NCBI GenBank assembly: GCA_951406725.2
Contig: OX597824.1
Location: forward strand, 69,688,001 to 69,752,000
Origin: Octopus vulgaris
Lineage: Eukaryota
Length of the DNA stretch: 64,000 nt
Direction of reading: 5' to 3'
Shown here: positions 12,741 through 24,868 of the stretch, piece by piece
Layout of the letters: every line of letters starts with the position of its first letter
How positions within the stretch are numbered: position 1 is the first letter of the stretch
Position numbers and translations under genes: made by a program
The notes under the pieces: generated by a model
The model's input: only the letters and a program-made list of their open reading frames with translations
What the model was told of the DNA's origin: nothing
Database searches by the model: none

Positions 12741-13605
12741 ATATATATATATATATATATACGACGGGGTTCTTTCAGTTTCCGTCTACCAAACCCACTC
12801 ACAAGGCTTTGATCGGCCCGAGGCTATAGAAGAAGACAATTGCCCAAGGTGCCACGCAATGGGACTGAACCCGGAACCATGCGGTTGGTAAGCAGGCTAC
12901 TTACCACACAGCCACTCCTACGCCACTCCTACAATATACAAAATATTTTAACAATTTTATACAGCTCCTAACAATATTTAATTATAGCTCTTAATGATAT
13001 TTAATCATAAAAATATGTGATCTTTTAAACAGCAAATGGCTACGGGGATTCAGTAGAGAAAAATAGGAATCAAAGTGTTCCATAGATAAAAAATATCTTT
13101 AAATAATAAAAATTTGAAAACCACTGATCTAGACGCTTTGTTAACAGCCTCTACTTTGTTCTTGGCGGAACTTATGCTCACTCTTGAAATGCTCAGATTT
13201 CCATAGGCATTACTCAGAATAAGACCTACAAGCCCTCGACTGATAACCTGCAATAGTAAAGTCCTTGTTCCTCATCTATTCTCACACAGTCCTCTAACAA
13301 CTCCTGGTACTTGATTCTCTTCCTCTCTTGAACCTTATCCATCCTCTTCTCTTAGAGGACAGTTCATCTCTAATGTCTCTCAGTGGAACTTTTAGTAAAT
13401 TAAAGTCTCATTTTGATTGACTCTCATGTGTTATTTACATTTAAGCTGTTATTAAAATATCTTGTCATAAGTTTGATAACGTCGCGTCATCCATTTGAGG
13501 GATAATCATCAGATTCACCTTTTCACCAAATTTAATAAATTTATTCCGTTGCATCACCTGAAAGTTTTACCATAAAGCTGGAGCCTTCATCCCCTAATAT
13601 AACAC

Positions 13606-13977
13606 AAAAAACGACGACGCCGTGGTGATCTCATTCTTGCTCACAACATCATAAGCGGAAAGTGTAACCTCTCGAAAGAGCTGTTCTTCACTCCTGCTCC
13701 AGAGCGTCGGCTGCGGGGTCACTCCGAAAAGCTCTATCTGCGACGATTTCATCTCAATCGAAGGAGAGGGGCTTTCTCCATCCGGGTTGCAGATCCGTGG
13801 AATAAGCTGCCGGACGAGATAGTGAAGATGCCCACGACCGCTCGGTTCAAAGTCTCCCTTGACCAGAAATGGCCTGAACTCTTTGCATGAACACCACCCT
13901 GTACATAACTCCATGTACCTCTACATGGCCTTGCTTTTTGCTTTTTGAGCCAAAAAATTAACTTAACTTAACTTAAC
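13606..13977 (+). mobile_element. CR1-type LINE 3' end, 5'-truncated
   Basis: KRRRRGDLILAHNIISG..LRGHSEKL..FSIRVADPWNKLP..KWPELFA*; (TTAAC)n tail; near-identical to 39772-40143. Confidence 0.92.
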
Positions 13978-14044
13978 AACCATATGAGCACGAATGTCTT
14001 TGAGAGCCAGCCAAACCCTTTCCCTTTAGATACTTGATAATATC

Positions 14045-14400
14045 ACAATGCCAAATTTTGTCCATCTTCAAGAGAGGTCGCCACTAGTTATTTTTGAAGT
14101 CTTCTTTGAACAGTCAGATGTCAGTTTACAGACGTCAGTTTACCCGAAAAGGAACAATGCTATTATAGTAAGAGTTGAAATTAATGCACAAAAGATTTCA
14201 CAGGTCGAGCATCACTCCATGGTCAGCCTATAAAATTTTCAGTCCACTCTCACAGTTTAGCAGTAGAAACATATAACTTTGGTAAAGCTTAGTCTCTGGT
14301 TTAGTTCTGCACAGAATATTTCAACTGTTTTGTTCAGACACACCTATGATGAGAAGGTTTTATTTCGTGGCAACATTTTTTTAAGGCATAGGACTACCTT
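14045..14400 (+). mobile_element. Possible highly decayed piggyBac-like transposase remnant
   Basis: Only SPLVIFEVFF and GQPIKF resemble piggyBac motifs; many stops. Confidence 0.25.
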
Positions 14401-14764
14401 ATCCAGCATGTTTTTGACTTTATTAAGAGCAGAGTCAATTGAGGAAAATTTCTAACAAGGTGGATGACCAGGAGGGTTTTTCTAGTAGTTTTTATTGCTC
14501 CTGCTGTTATTTTTGTTGTTGTTGTTGTTATAGCGGCTGCTGCCGCTGCCGCAGCTGCTGCAGTTATTGCTGCTCCTGTTCTTGTTGCTACTACAGTTGC
14601 TTTTGTTGTTTTGTGGCTTTTATCTATTTTTAGGGAATGGTATCTTCGACGATTGTAAAGCAGCTAGGTGTGATTAGAGAGGAATTTGCCTGCTATTTCT
14701 AGTAGATCATGTGACCAGGTCAAGGCTGAATCGTTGACCTGTTTGCATCGTCATCGATATTGTG

Positions 14765-15010
14765 TCGGCATTGTCATCATCGCCACCATCATCGCCATCA
14801 TCATCGTTGTCATCATTGTATCCATCCTCGTCAAAATTATCCTCGCCGTCATCGTTGTCATCGTCTTCACCATCATCGTCACCGTCATCGTCACAACCAT
14901 CTTCGCCATCATTGCCGCCATCGTGACCACCAGCATCATCGTCGCCTTCATGGTCACCATCATCATCATCATCACCATCATCATCGTCGCCATCCTCGCC
15001 ATCACCGTCG
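14765..15010. repeat. Degenerate (CAT/CGT/CAC)n tract
   Basis: Direct reading. Confidence 0.9.
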
Positions 15011-15299
15011 ATATTCCTCTTCTGGTTATACAGCCCGTTTCCTTGTTTTGTTCCCATAATGGGTCGAAGATGGTGGAAGAAACAAATAAAGAAAAAAAAA
15101 GTCAACCGCAACAAATAACAACAAAATAACAAACCAATAAAGAAACAAGTCATCGTTGCATAATGATGATCTCATGAATAATTCATGAGATATCAATGTA
15201 ACCATGGTAACTTCGCTAGCACTCCCCCTATCTATAATTGTTATCTCTCACTATTCTTGTTTTTTTCCCACTCCCTCTCACTGTTTTATGTGTCTATGT

Positions 15300-15372
<73 letters not shown>

Positions 15373-15551
15373 CATACAGACATATATGCATACATATATA
15401 TGCGTGTGTGTGTGTATGTGTATATGTGTGTATGTATGTATATATATATATATTTATATATATATATATACACATGCGTATATATTTACATGTATACATA
15501 TATATTTATTTATATATGCGTGTGTGTGAGTATGTGAGTGTGCGAGTGAAT

Positions 15552-15583
<32 letters not shown>

Positions 15584-16168
15584 GTGAGGAGCTATACTAA
15601 GCAAGTGCTTCAATAATATTCAAATACACTTAGACAAACACACACACAAATATATACGCACACACATATACACACTCACACATTCACACACACACACAAA
15701 TGTTTGTTCACACACATATATATATATATATAATATGTGTGTGTCTGTGCGTGCGTGCGTGTGTGTGTGTGTGTGTCTGTGTGTGTCTTGGAGTTTTATT
15801 TAAGTTCTTAAGAAAGTTGAAGCCAGTCACCAACAAAGCAGCATGATATTCTGAATAAAAATTACTTCCGGTGTTTGTAAATATGCGGTTGAGTTGGCGT
15901 GTTGGCTGAGCCGTCGATGCATACACCCATGTGTGAGCATCTATTCCGCTCAAGAAACTTAGACGGAGAATCTATGGAATGATTTACAGGAGGAGGTGGT
16001 GGTGAGTGACATGTGTAATTTTTTTGTTTAGCTAAGTTTTTTTTTCCTCCCTTACTTAGCCCGTCTGTAACGCTTTCAGGTGATTAGTTGAAGGGAAAGG
16101 TGATGAGTGAAAGAAAAATGAAAGAAAAAGAGGATAAGGCTAAGAGATGAGAGAGAAAGAAGGAGAAT

Positions 16169-16409
16169 ACAATTCTTAACCATTACACCATATACCCCCG
16201 GGCATATGGCGTAGTAGCTAAGGACGCGGGCTACAAACCCCAAGATTCCGAGTTCAATTCCAAGCAGTGACCTGAACAACAACAATAACAACAACAACAA
16301 CAACAATATTGCCGAAGACACCTGAAGAAGGCTGGAGGGTATATCAGCCGAAACGTTGTGTTAACAACAAACAAGATGAGGACAAATATCCGTCGAATGT
16401 AAATAATGT
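16169..16409 (+). mobile_element. tRNA-headed, hammerhead-tailed SINE-like element with 5' inverted head copy and imperfect 13-bp TSD
   Basis: A box TGGCGTAGTAG, B box GAGTTCAATTCC, (AAC)n linker, HHR 16317-16362; flanks AAAGAAGGAGAAT (16156-16168) and AAAGAAGGATAAT (16410-16422). Confidence 0.7.
16317..16362 (+). ncRNA. Minimal type I hammerhead ribozyme motif
   Basis: GACAC CTGAAGA A GGCTG gagggtatat CAGCC GAAA CG TT GTGTT; intact core plus one extra A; predicted cut after 16357. Confidence 0.78.
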
Positions 16410-16563
16410 AAAGAAGGATAATGTTGTGTCTATAAAACTGTACATGAAGTATATAAAGTGTATATATAAAGTGCATCAAGTAATGATCGTATTCCAGTAT
16501 TTTCACTTTTCAATAATTAGCAAATGAGTGACTTTCTTTTGATACAGACACAACACAGGCTAC

Positions 16564-16993
16564 ATAAGGCGGCGAGCTGGCAGAGACGTTAGCACGTCGG
16601 GCGAAATTCTTTGCAGTATTTCGTCTGCCGTTACGTTCTGAGTTCAAATTCCGCCGAGGTCGACTTTGCCTTTCATCCTTTCGGGGTCGATTAAATAAGT
16701 ACCAGTTACGCACTGGGGTCGATGTAATCGACTTAATCAGTTTGTCTGACCTTGTTTTTTCCCTCTATGTTTAGCCCCTTGTGGGTAGTAAAGAAATAGG
16801 TAATTCGTCTGCCGCTACGTTCTGAGTTCAAATTCCACCGAGGTCGACTTTGCCTTTCATCCCCTCAGGGTTGATAAATTAAGCACCAGTCTAGCAATGG
16901 GGTCGATGTAATTGACTTAATCCGTTTGTCTGTCCTTGTTTGTCCCCTCTATGTTTAGCCCCTTGTGGGAAATAAAGAAATAAGAAAGAAATA
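16564..16993 (+). mobile_element. Family-C tRNA-derived SINE, internally duplicated, with 14-bp TSD
   Basis: TSD ACAACACAGGCTAC at 16550-16563 and 16994-17007; body repeated at ~16617-16800 and ~16801-16985. Confidence 0.92.
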
Positions 16994-17425
16994 ACAACAC
17001 AGGCTACGCTTTTAGGTATATATATATATATAGAATAGTTATTGCTTTCATCTCTTAAAGAGATTTCCTAACTTGCTAATTTTCTTGTTGCAAAATCAGT
17101 GACTGATTGTCGCTTATTTTCTATATATTGCGAGCTGGAGCAAACTACTGCTATCTCTAGCAGACGAGTATCCACCACTAAGGATGATTACAAGGAGCTC
17201 AAAACCGTACGCTCTGTTGGTCCCGTCACTGGAAGATGGTAAGGGTTCGCTCCCTTGCTTGCAATGTATATGGGGTGCAGATTGCGTCGAATAACCAGCT
17301 GGTGGAGGCGTCTTCCTGGGGTTAAAATTGCAATAACGTTGGTTGCTATGGAACAGCCATGTTGAAATGGCAATAAACATGATTTCAAACATCCTTATCA
17401 CCAGAAAATCATTTCAGTTATTGAG

Positions 17426-17690
17426 CAAAACAGAATTACGCACATAGAAGTCCTTAGTCAAACCGAAACCAGCAGCAATATATTCACACTACACAAGCAC
17501 CTTCTGAGATGGTTCGAACAAGGAGCGCACATTTATGACTAATGTCTGATCCGTAGAATCCTTTAGGATATACTGGACATCGGTTGATTTGGAGGTCCAA
17601 AGGAGCGGTTCAAAGAGCAGGTGAAGACCACTTTGAAGAGGTGCAATAGATCAACCCGTTCACTTTGGTGGAGCGGCATTGAGGATAGTG
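17426..17690 (+). mobile_element. RTE-clade LINE C-terminal remnant
   Basis: QNRITHIEVLSQ..HLLRWFEQ..GGPKERFKEQVKTTLKRC with in-frame stops. Confidence 0.75.
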
Positions 17691-18507
17691 AGAAGAAACC
17701 ACCAAAAGAAGCAAGAAAAGAGGAAAGTATGCAGAATTTTGTCCTTCTCAACCAAATATTTACGTGTCTTGTTTCCAAGAGAAGCAGCACATCGAGGATT
17801 AGACTGTATAGTAATTAAAGGATCTACAAATGAAATACAAGATAATCCTCACCAGCTTGGATGAACAACTATAAGCAAAAGTATGCTTTTATGCATATAT
17901 GGGTGTGTAAGCATATATAAATGTATATATAAGTGTGTATGCGTATATAGATCAGAAAAGTTAACAACGTCTGTTTAAGCTCACAACATCTGAATTTTTA
18001 GGCTTGGAACAATAGTAAATGTAGGTTGGTATCAAACGAACTTACATGTTATGAACAAAAATGTATCAGAAAGTACTAATCTAAAGACGCAGTGATTTGA
18101 GAAAAATGTGGGCGCTATTTCTAGCAGATAATGTAATCACTGGTTTAATAAGCTTTCCTGTTTGTTTCTGCGGCATTTTAACTAATCGTTGCTTGATTTC
18201 CTTTCATAATTATCTTCACAATGAAAACAAGAGATAGACAGATCGGAAGTTTCTACAACTCACGTAAGTATTCGGTTACAAAAATAAAATCTAGTTCACA
18301 GCAGTAACCCGTGTAACTAATTATTTCTAAGCTTTTCCCTTGAAGAGCTATCATTAAGAATTTAATTAGATGGTAGTAGCTATATCGGGATTTCATGAAT
18401 ATCATTATGAAGAAAGCTACATCGAGATTTTATGAATATCATTGGGAATATAAGATTCATTTGTGAACTGAGAAGTAATCCGAAATTTTAATTCCAGGAT
18501 AGCATTA

Positions 18508-18600
<93 letters not shown>

Positions 18601-18610
18601 AGTGGCTATA

Positions 18611-18781
18611 GGCGCAGGAGTGGCTGTGTGGTAAGTAGTTTGCTTACTAACCACATGGTTCCGGGTTCAGTCCCACTGCGTGGCATCTTGGGCAAGTGTC
18701 TTCTGCTATAGCCCCGGGCCGACCAATGCCTTGTGAGTGGATTTGGTGGACGGAAACTGAAAGACGCCTGTCGTATATATG

Positions 18782-18814
<33 letters not shown>

Positions 18815-19023
18815 TTGTGTGTCTGTGTTTGTCCCCCTAGCATTGCTTGACAACCGATGCTGGTGTGTTTACGTCCCCGTCACTTAGCGGTTCGGCAAAA
18901 GAGATCGATAGAATAAGTACTGGGCTTACAAAGAATAAGTCCCGGGGTCGATTTGCTCGACTAAAGGTGGTGCTCCAGCATGGCCGCAGTCAAATGACTG
19001 AAACAAGTAAAAGAGTAAAAGAG
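18611..19023 (+). mobile_element. Family-B SINE, full length (reference copy)
   Basis: Head GGCGCAGGAGTGGCTGTGTGG..GGTTCAGTCCC, central (TA)n(TG)n, tail (GTAAAAGA)n. Confidence 0.93.
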
Positions 19024-19054
<31 letters not shown>

Positions 19055-19589
19055 TTAGGATAGTATCAGGATATATCGTATATTCTTTCTCCAGAATTTT
19101 TCCCTGATGAAATATTTATTAAATGCTTTGCACACTAAAACGTATTTTTCAATTGCATTTCAAAATTGTTTTTAGAAATTTATAGCTGAGTAATCACCAT
19201 GTAAGTAAAATATTTCTAAAATAATTCTTGAGAATTTTAGTAAATAACTTCACGTTGGCACCCAAAAATCAATAGTTCATAAATCTTACTCGGACACAGA
19301 CATCATCTATACAATTGTAATAACCTGTGTGCAAAATATCTCTACGTGTTTCCCCTGAAGACATTTCATCACGAATTCACTTATGATCACCATGTAGATG
19401 GAAAGATAGCAATGACAGGAAGTTTATGAGCGTTAACGGACGCTTAAGTATGAAATGTGAATTGATGCTGGTGTTGGTTGCCATCATAACTGTGGTAGAA
19501 CGGTCTTCTAGAATAAGGCACGTGGATGGTATGATATGATATGCGAGCTGAAGTGTGTTTCGAAATGTTTAATTCGTGATAGTGTTTTG

Positions 19590-19660
<71 letters not shown>

Positions 19661-19781
19661 ATATATATATATATATATATATCTGTCTGTCTGTCTGTCT
19701 GTCTATCTGTCTGTCTACTTCTGTGTCTCTTTGCCTGTCTGTGTGTTTGTATGTCTCTCTATTTGTCTGTCTCTGTCTCTC

Positions 19782-19820
<39 letters not shown>

Positions 19821-19866
19821 ATATATATATATATATATCTGTGTGTGTATGTGTGTATACATATAG

Positions 19867-19897
<31 letters not shown>

Positions 19898-20591
19898 TAT
19901 ACATGTATATATGTATGTGTATGTATGTGTGTGTGTCTATACATATATATGTATATCTATCTATCTATCAATCTATACGCACACACACATATATGCATGT
20001 ATGTATGTATGTATGTATATCACTATATGTGTGCATGTGCGTATGTGCACTATAATTTAGACAAACATATCTGCTTGCAGGGGCGTACATGTAAACGTGC
20101 ATATTTACATATACATGTGTATGAATAGACATGCAACTGTAACTGCTGACATGTGTATGCATGTCCAAATATATACATATATGTGTGCATGTGTGAATGT
20201 CTGTTTGTATGTGTGTGTGTGTGAGTGTTTGCATACATGTATGTGTGCGTACTTATTTATATGTACAAATAAGAGCAAAATCTGTTAATAAAAGAACAAA
20301 TATGAAAATAAGATGGATAAGGAATAAAACATGTAGAAATATGTGTGGAAATTGATAAATAAGTGATTGCAATCTTCGAATGTGTGTATATGAATTTGTT
20401 TGTATAGCATGTGTATGAGTGACAAACTACGCTCGTTCATTAATCTGTGCAACCATATACATACAAACATATGTGCGTGTGCATGTGTCAGTGTGTGTGC
20501 GCATATATATATATATACGCACACTCACACATATATATGGATGGATGTCTATATATATATAGATGTATACATATACGTGTATGTATATATA

Positions 20592-20637
<46 letters not shown>

Positions 20638-20650
20638 ATATATATATATA

Positions 20651-20700
<50 letters not shown>

Positions 20701-21257
20701 GCGTATCTAACACTCCAGCAATCTATGGAATATATGTATATTCATTCGAGCAATGATTAGCTTGCAGACAGATGTGTGTGGTGAGTAAAACACATTGGGA
20801 ACGGTGAACACCACAAGCAAACTCTACCGCAACCACCACCACTACCACCACCACCACCACTATCACCACCACTATCACCACCACCACCACCACCACCAGC
20901 ACCGACCCTTGTTACATAACGCTATTACATCAACATATATAGAGGGAAACAAATTCGCATCCGCCACCCCTGTTTCTTATACTACGCGACCGTTCCCAAC
21001 GTGGTTATGACGACCGCCACTGCCACCGCCACAGCCAACACCAACACCCAACGCTATCATGGCCAACATTAACATCGCCGTTGCAATCATACACTAGACA
21101 TTAGAACCATTATACCGTCATTAATAACATGAAAATCAAGCAACAAACCAAAGCCAACCGTAAATAAATAAAGAATGAGAAAATCCACCCAAGTAAGAAC
21201 TCTTAATTGAAACAAAAAAATTCCTTAGAGATTGCTGAGCAAGTGTGAATACGCATA

Positions 21258-21320
<63 letters not shown>

Positions 21321-21639
21321 TTATATATATATATATATGTATGTATGTATATATATGTATGTATGTATGTATTTACACAGACATGCGTATGTTTGTATAC
21401 ATGTATGCACATGCGCATTTGCATTAAAGTGAGAGATAAATATAGAGATAAATGCTTCGACAGAATGAACGCGCGTAAGATAGAGCAACTGTAATATGTA
21501 ATATAGTTGGATAGTTGGATGGTTGGAATAGATAATTAAATAGAGAGATGCATAGATTAACACTCATATAAATATACGCACATATGTGTGTGCGCGGGCG
21601 CGTGTTTGTGTATATACATATATGTAAAAAAATGTGCAA

Positions 21640-21692
<53 letters not shown>

Positions 21693-22272
21693 AATATATA
21701 TACATATATATCCATACACACACACACACATACACAAACACAGGCGTCAGGAAGATTGTCTTGCGTTGCGATTCTTCATCTGGATTTTTATGCACTGAGT
21801 TCGAATCCTAGAGAGAATGATGTTTTTTTCATTTGTTCCTCCTGTGATAATAATGTCAAAAGTACAAATGTAAAGGGTCGCAGCGGCTGACCTGTTAGAG
21901 AGTGGGATAAAATACCCTCTGGTGTGTACCTGAGTCGTTTTATCTTCTAAGCGCTCAAATATGGGCACCCGAATTGTTAATATACAGCCAACGTCATGGT
22001 GTCTTCTATAAACAAAATACTCGATGCAAAAGAACGGGAAACAAGGTGTGTGCGCTCTGAGATGATTCTTCACACCCGCAGTCGATCTGTTACGTTTATA
22101 ATAAATAGCTTTTAAAATTTATAAAAACTTTATATCGCTTCCTTGTGGTATGGTAACCGTACGCACTTTCATGTGCTTTTCAAGCCAAGGTTACAACGAC
22201 AGTCTTCTCCACATTATATATGTTACCATAAAAAGGCGGAAAATCATTATTACATACACCTAGATATCGCAA

Positions 22273-22352
<80 letters not shown>

Positions 22353-22353
22353 C

Positions 22354-22666
22354 TTGTTTATGCACCCTTTTCAAGCCTAGCCAGGCTCATGGGCCCGGTT
22401 TCCCGGTTTCTGTGGCGTATGTGTTCCTCCCAGCTGGACGGGACGCCAGTCTATCGCAGCGTTACCCAAGAAACAGGAAGAAAGAGTGAGAGAAAATTGG
22501 GACGAAAGAGTATAAAACAGGGGTCGCCACCACACCCTGCCGGAGCCTTGTGGAGCTTTTAGGTGTTTTCGCTCAATAAACACACACAACGCCCGGTCTG
22601 GGAATCGAAACCACGATCTTCCGACTGCGAGTCAGCTCTCCTAACCACTGGGCCATTGCGCCTCCA
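22354..22666 (-). mobile_element. SINE, head A / tail 2
   Basis: Head and middle match 2736; tail matches 22668-22918. Confidence 0.88.
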
Positions 22667-22667
22667 C

Positions 22668-22915
22668 AAATGCGCCCTTTTAAAGCCTAGCCAGGCTCAT
22701 AGGCCCCGTTTCCCGGTTTCAATGGCGTATGTGTTCCTCAGTTGGACGGGACGCCAGTCCATCGCAGCTTTACTCGTTTTTTGCCAGCTGAGTGGACTGG
22801 AGCAACGTGAAATGAAGTGCTTTGGTCAAGAACACAACGCGTCGCCCGGTTCAGGAATCGGAACCGCAATCTCACGAACATGATGCTGACACCCTAACCA
22901 CTAAGCCACGCGCCT

Positions 22916-22918
<3 letters not shown>
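22668..22918 (-). mobile_element. SINE, head 2 with CORE-like domain / tail 2
   Basis: tRNA boxes followed by GTGTTCTTGACCAAAGCACTTCATTTCACGTTGCTCCAGTCCACTCAGCTG, resembling the CORE-SINE domain. Confidence 0.85.
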
Positions 22919-22957
<39 letters not shown>

Positions 22958-22960
<3 letters not shown>

Positions 22961-23600
22961 AATGAATACCCAGTGGACGGCAGATGTGACACCGAGGCTA
23001 CAGTGTACCAAGCAAAAGTACGCTCAAACAGAGGCAGCACAAATATCAATGCCAGCACCGGGACACACACTAAAATTTATGTCGGATCTTGTGAATCCAA
23101 ATTTATAATTCGCCTGAACATCCACAGAACTTCTTTCAGGTCCCCGGAGAGACGCAACACAACGACACTCGCATCATACGTATGACGCCTAATGGACGAT
23201 CATATGCCCTTTGACGTCAGGTGGAAATTATTAGAAACTTGTGGACCCTGTCGCAATGGAAGAAGACTATGTAAATTGTGTATGGCAGACAAATATATAA
23301 TCCTCATGAACTCACATGAGCCAGGAGGCTACCTGAACTCCAAGAAGGAAACCGTGGAGAGTTGTCCATATGTTCGGAAATTTTTACTTCAAAATTGGAA
23401 AACCTAACTACCAAGCGAAGGAAAACAACTCACTCGGCCATGATTTTTTAAACTATCACCGGCGAACTTGTGTTTTAAAAAACACATTCTTTTCAGCGAA
23501 GAGTTATCGTTTAGAAGAAGTGAAGATATGTCTAATTCATGCTAGATATGAAACCAATGGCTTTTTTTCTAAACTGTTAATTTACACATACAAAGGCGCT
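22958..23600 (+). mobile_element. Penelope-like element 3' fragment: GIY-YIG endonuclease pseudogene plus 3' UTR with decayed HHR
   Basis: One frame, 22958-23407: PVDGRC..VYQAKV..IYVGSCE..R..H..SF..TTLASYV*..VRWKLL..CKLCMADK..LNSKKE..CPY; internal TGA 23183-23185. Confidence 0.88.
23509..23574 (+). ncRNA. Decayed type I hammerhead in PLE 3' UTR
   Basis: GTTTAGAAGAA gTGAAGA T ATGTCTA..TAGATAT GAAA CCAATGG cT TTTTTTCTAAAC; 11-bp stem I, 7-bp stem II, core positions C3 and U16.1 altered. Confidence 0.6.
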
Positions 23601-23904
23601 TCTTCGGAAGCGCACCTCTCCAAAAAAAAAAGGTTACTTGTAAACATAAAAAAAAATGTTAGGAAAATGGGAAATGTATCCAAAATAATAGAATGTGCAA
23701 AAAATTAGGAAGATTCGTCTATTTTCAAATATTTTATACTAAAAAATAATGCACGGAAAACAGGCACTCGCGAATATAAACAAACATGTCGGACGATACA
23801 AGGGGCGGTAGCTTGTATCAGATATTATTAATGGTACGAGGGACCCGACAATAACGTTTGCAAATTCTTGATTGTTTTTAATCAGATTTTTTACTGCGCA
23901 CACT

Positions 23905-23952
23905 GGTTAGGGTTAGTGTTAGGGTTAGGGTTAGTTTTAGGGTTAGGGTTAG
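23905..23952 (+). repeat. Interstitial (TTAGGG)n-like repeat, ~8 imperfect units
   Basis: Direct reading. Confidence 0.85.
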
Positions 23953-24287
23953 TTTAATTATGATGTTTCCTTTATAATTTCTTGTTATATTAGCGCTTGG
24001 TAAGTTTTGTATGGTATGTGTAACGTGAGGGGTGTTATTTTGTTCGGCTTTAATATTTTATAGTATATGTTGTGCGATTACGTTATATTAAATTATTAAC
24101 TACTTGCATATGATATGCGCTGTATTCGAGCTATTGTTTTGAATCATGGGCTATTCTTTCACCCTCGTGACCCCCGTTTTGAATACTTCAAAATCAAATT
24201 CTTTGTATCTTCATAGATTTTTTCTCTTGGTTTTTTTTTTTCGAGCAGTCTTTTCATCAGAATGGATTGCGATGTCTATCTGTCTAT

Positions 24288-24585
24288 CTGCGGAGGTATT
24301 GTTTTCAGTAGTGCTTGTTTACCCGCGGACAAGATATCTCAAGAATTGATGGATGGGTTCGGATGAAACTTTCAGGGATGTTTGGCCTCGTGACTGGCAC
24401 GAACTGATTAGATTTTGGGATCGATCCGGTACCGGACAAGGATTCTGGATTTCTTTTCCTGTTTTTTACTTAATTTTTTAGAGCGGTGGGGTTCATTTTT
24501 AGTATTCTCGTTTGTGAGAGCAGTCGAGTTTAATATCAGATATTCTCATTTTAAAAATCATACACTGGCTAATCGTTGAGAGGAC
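24288..24585 (+). mobile_element. Probable non-autonomous Helentron/HINE-like repeat fragment
   Basis: GGAGGTATTGTTTTC..GATGGATGGGTTCGGATGAAACTTTCAGG..GATTAGATTTTGGGATCGATCCGG resembles such elements, from memory only. Confidence 0.4.
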
Positions 24586-24661
24586 GTTGTTGTTGTTGTT
24601 GTTGTTGTTGTTGTTGCTGCTGCTGCTGATGCTGATGCTGCTGTTGTTGTTGTTGTTGTGA

Positions 24662-24868
24662 AGGCAGCGAGATGGCCGAATCGTGAGCACGCCGGGCGAA
24701 AAGCTCAGCGGTATTTTGTCCGTCTTTACGTTCTGAATTCAAATTCCGCAGAAGTCGACTTTACATTTCATCCTTTCGGAGTTGATTAAATAAATACCAG
24801 TTACGCACTGAGGGCGATGTAATCGACTAATCCCTCCCCCCAAATTTCAGGTCTTATGCATATAGTAA
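24662..24868 (+). mobile_element. Family-C SINE
   Basis: Matches 16564 head and core. Confidence 0.88.

Larger units (their letters stand above)
12217..12924 (-). mobile_element. Family-B SINE with a nested HHR element in its central microsatellite
   Basis: Halves at 12217-12420 and 12761-12924 flank (ATAC)n, the insert and (AT)n. Confidence 0.9.

Noticed and set aside
13475-13516. Minus-strand CTGATGA-TTATCC..GGATGA-CGCGACG-TT
   Set aside because: GAAA is incomplete and stem I imperfect; it may be a decayed HHR but one copy cannot support it.
23183-23185. In-frame TGA in the PLE endonuclease as possible selenocysteine (as reported for some Naiad PLEs)
   Set aside because: It falls at a position normally Trp (SY[VI]W), so TGG>TGA decay is simpler. 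The downstream ATGA..AA..GA near 23440-23466 lacks SECIS helix pairing.
24235-24265. Minus-strand CTGATGA..CTCGAAA
   Set aside because: No stem III, cleavage triplet or stem I partner.
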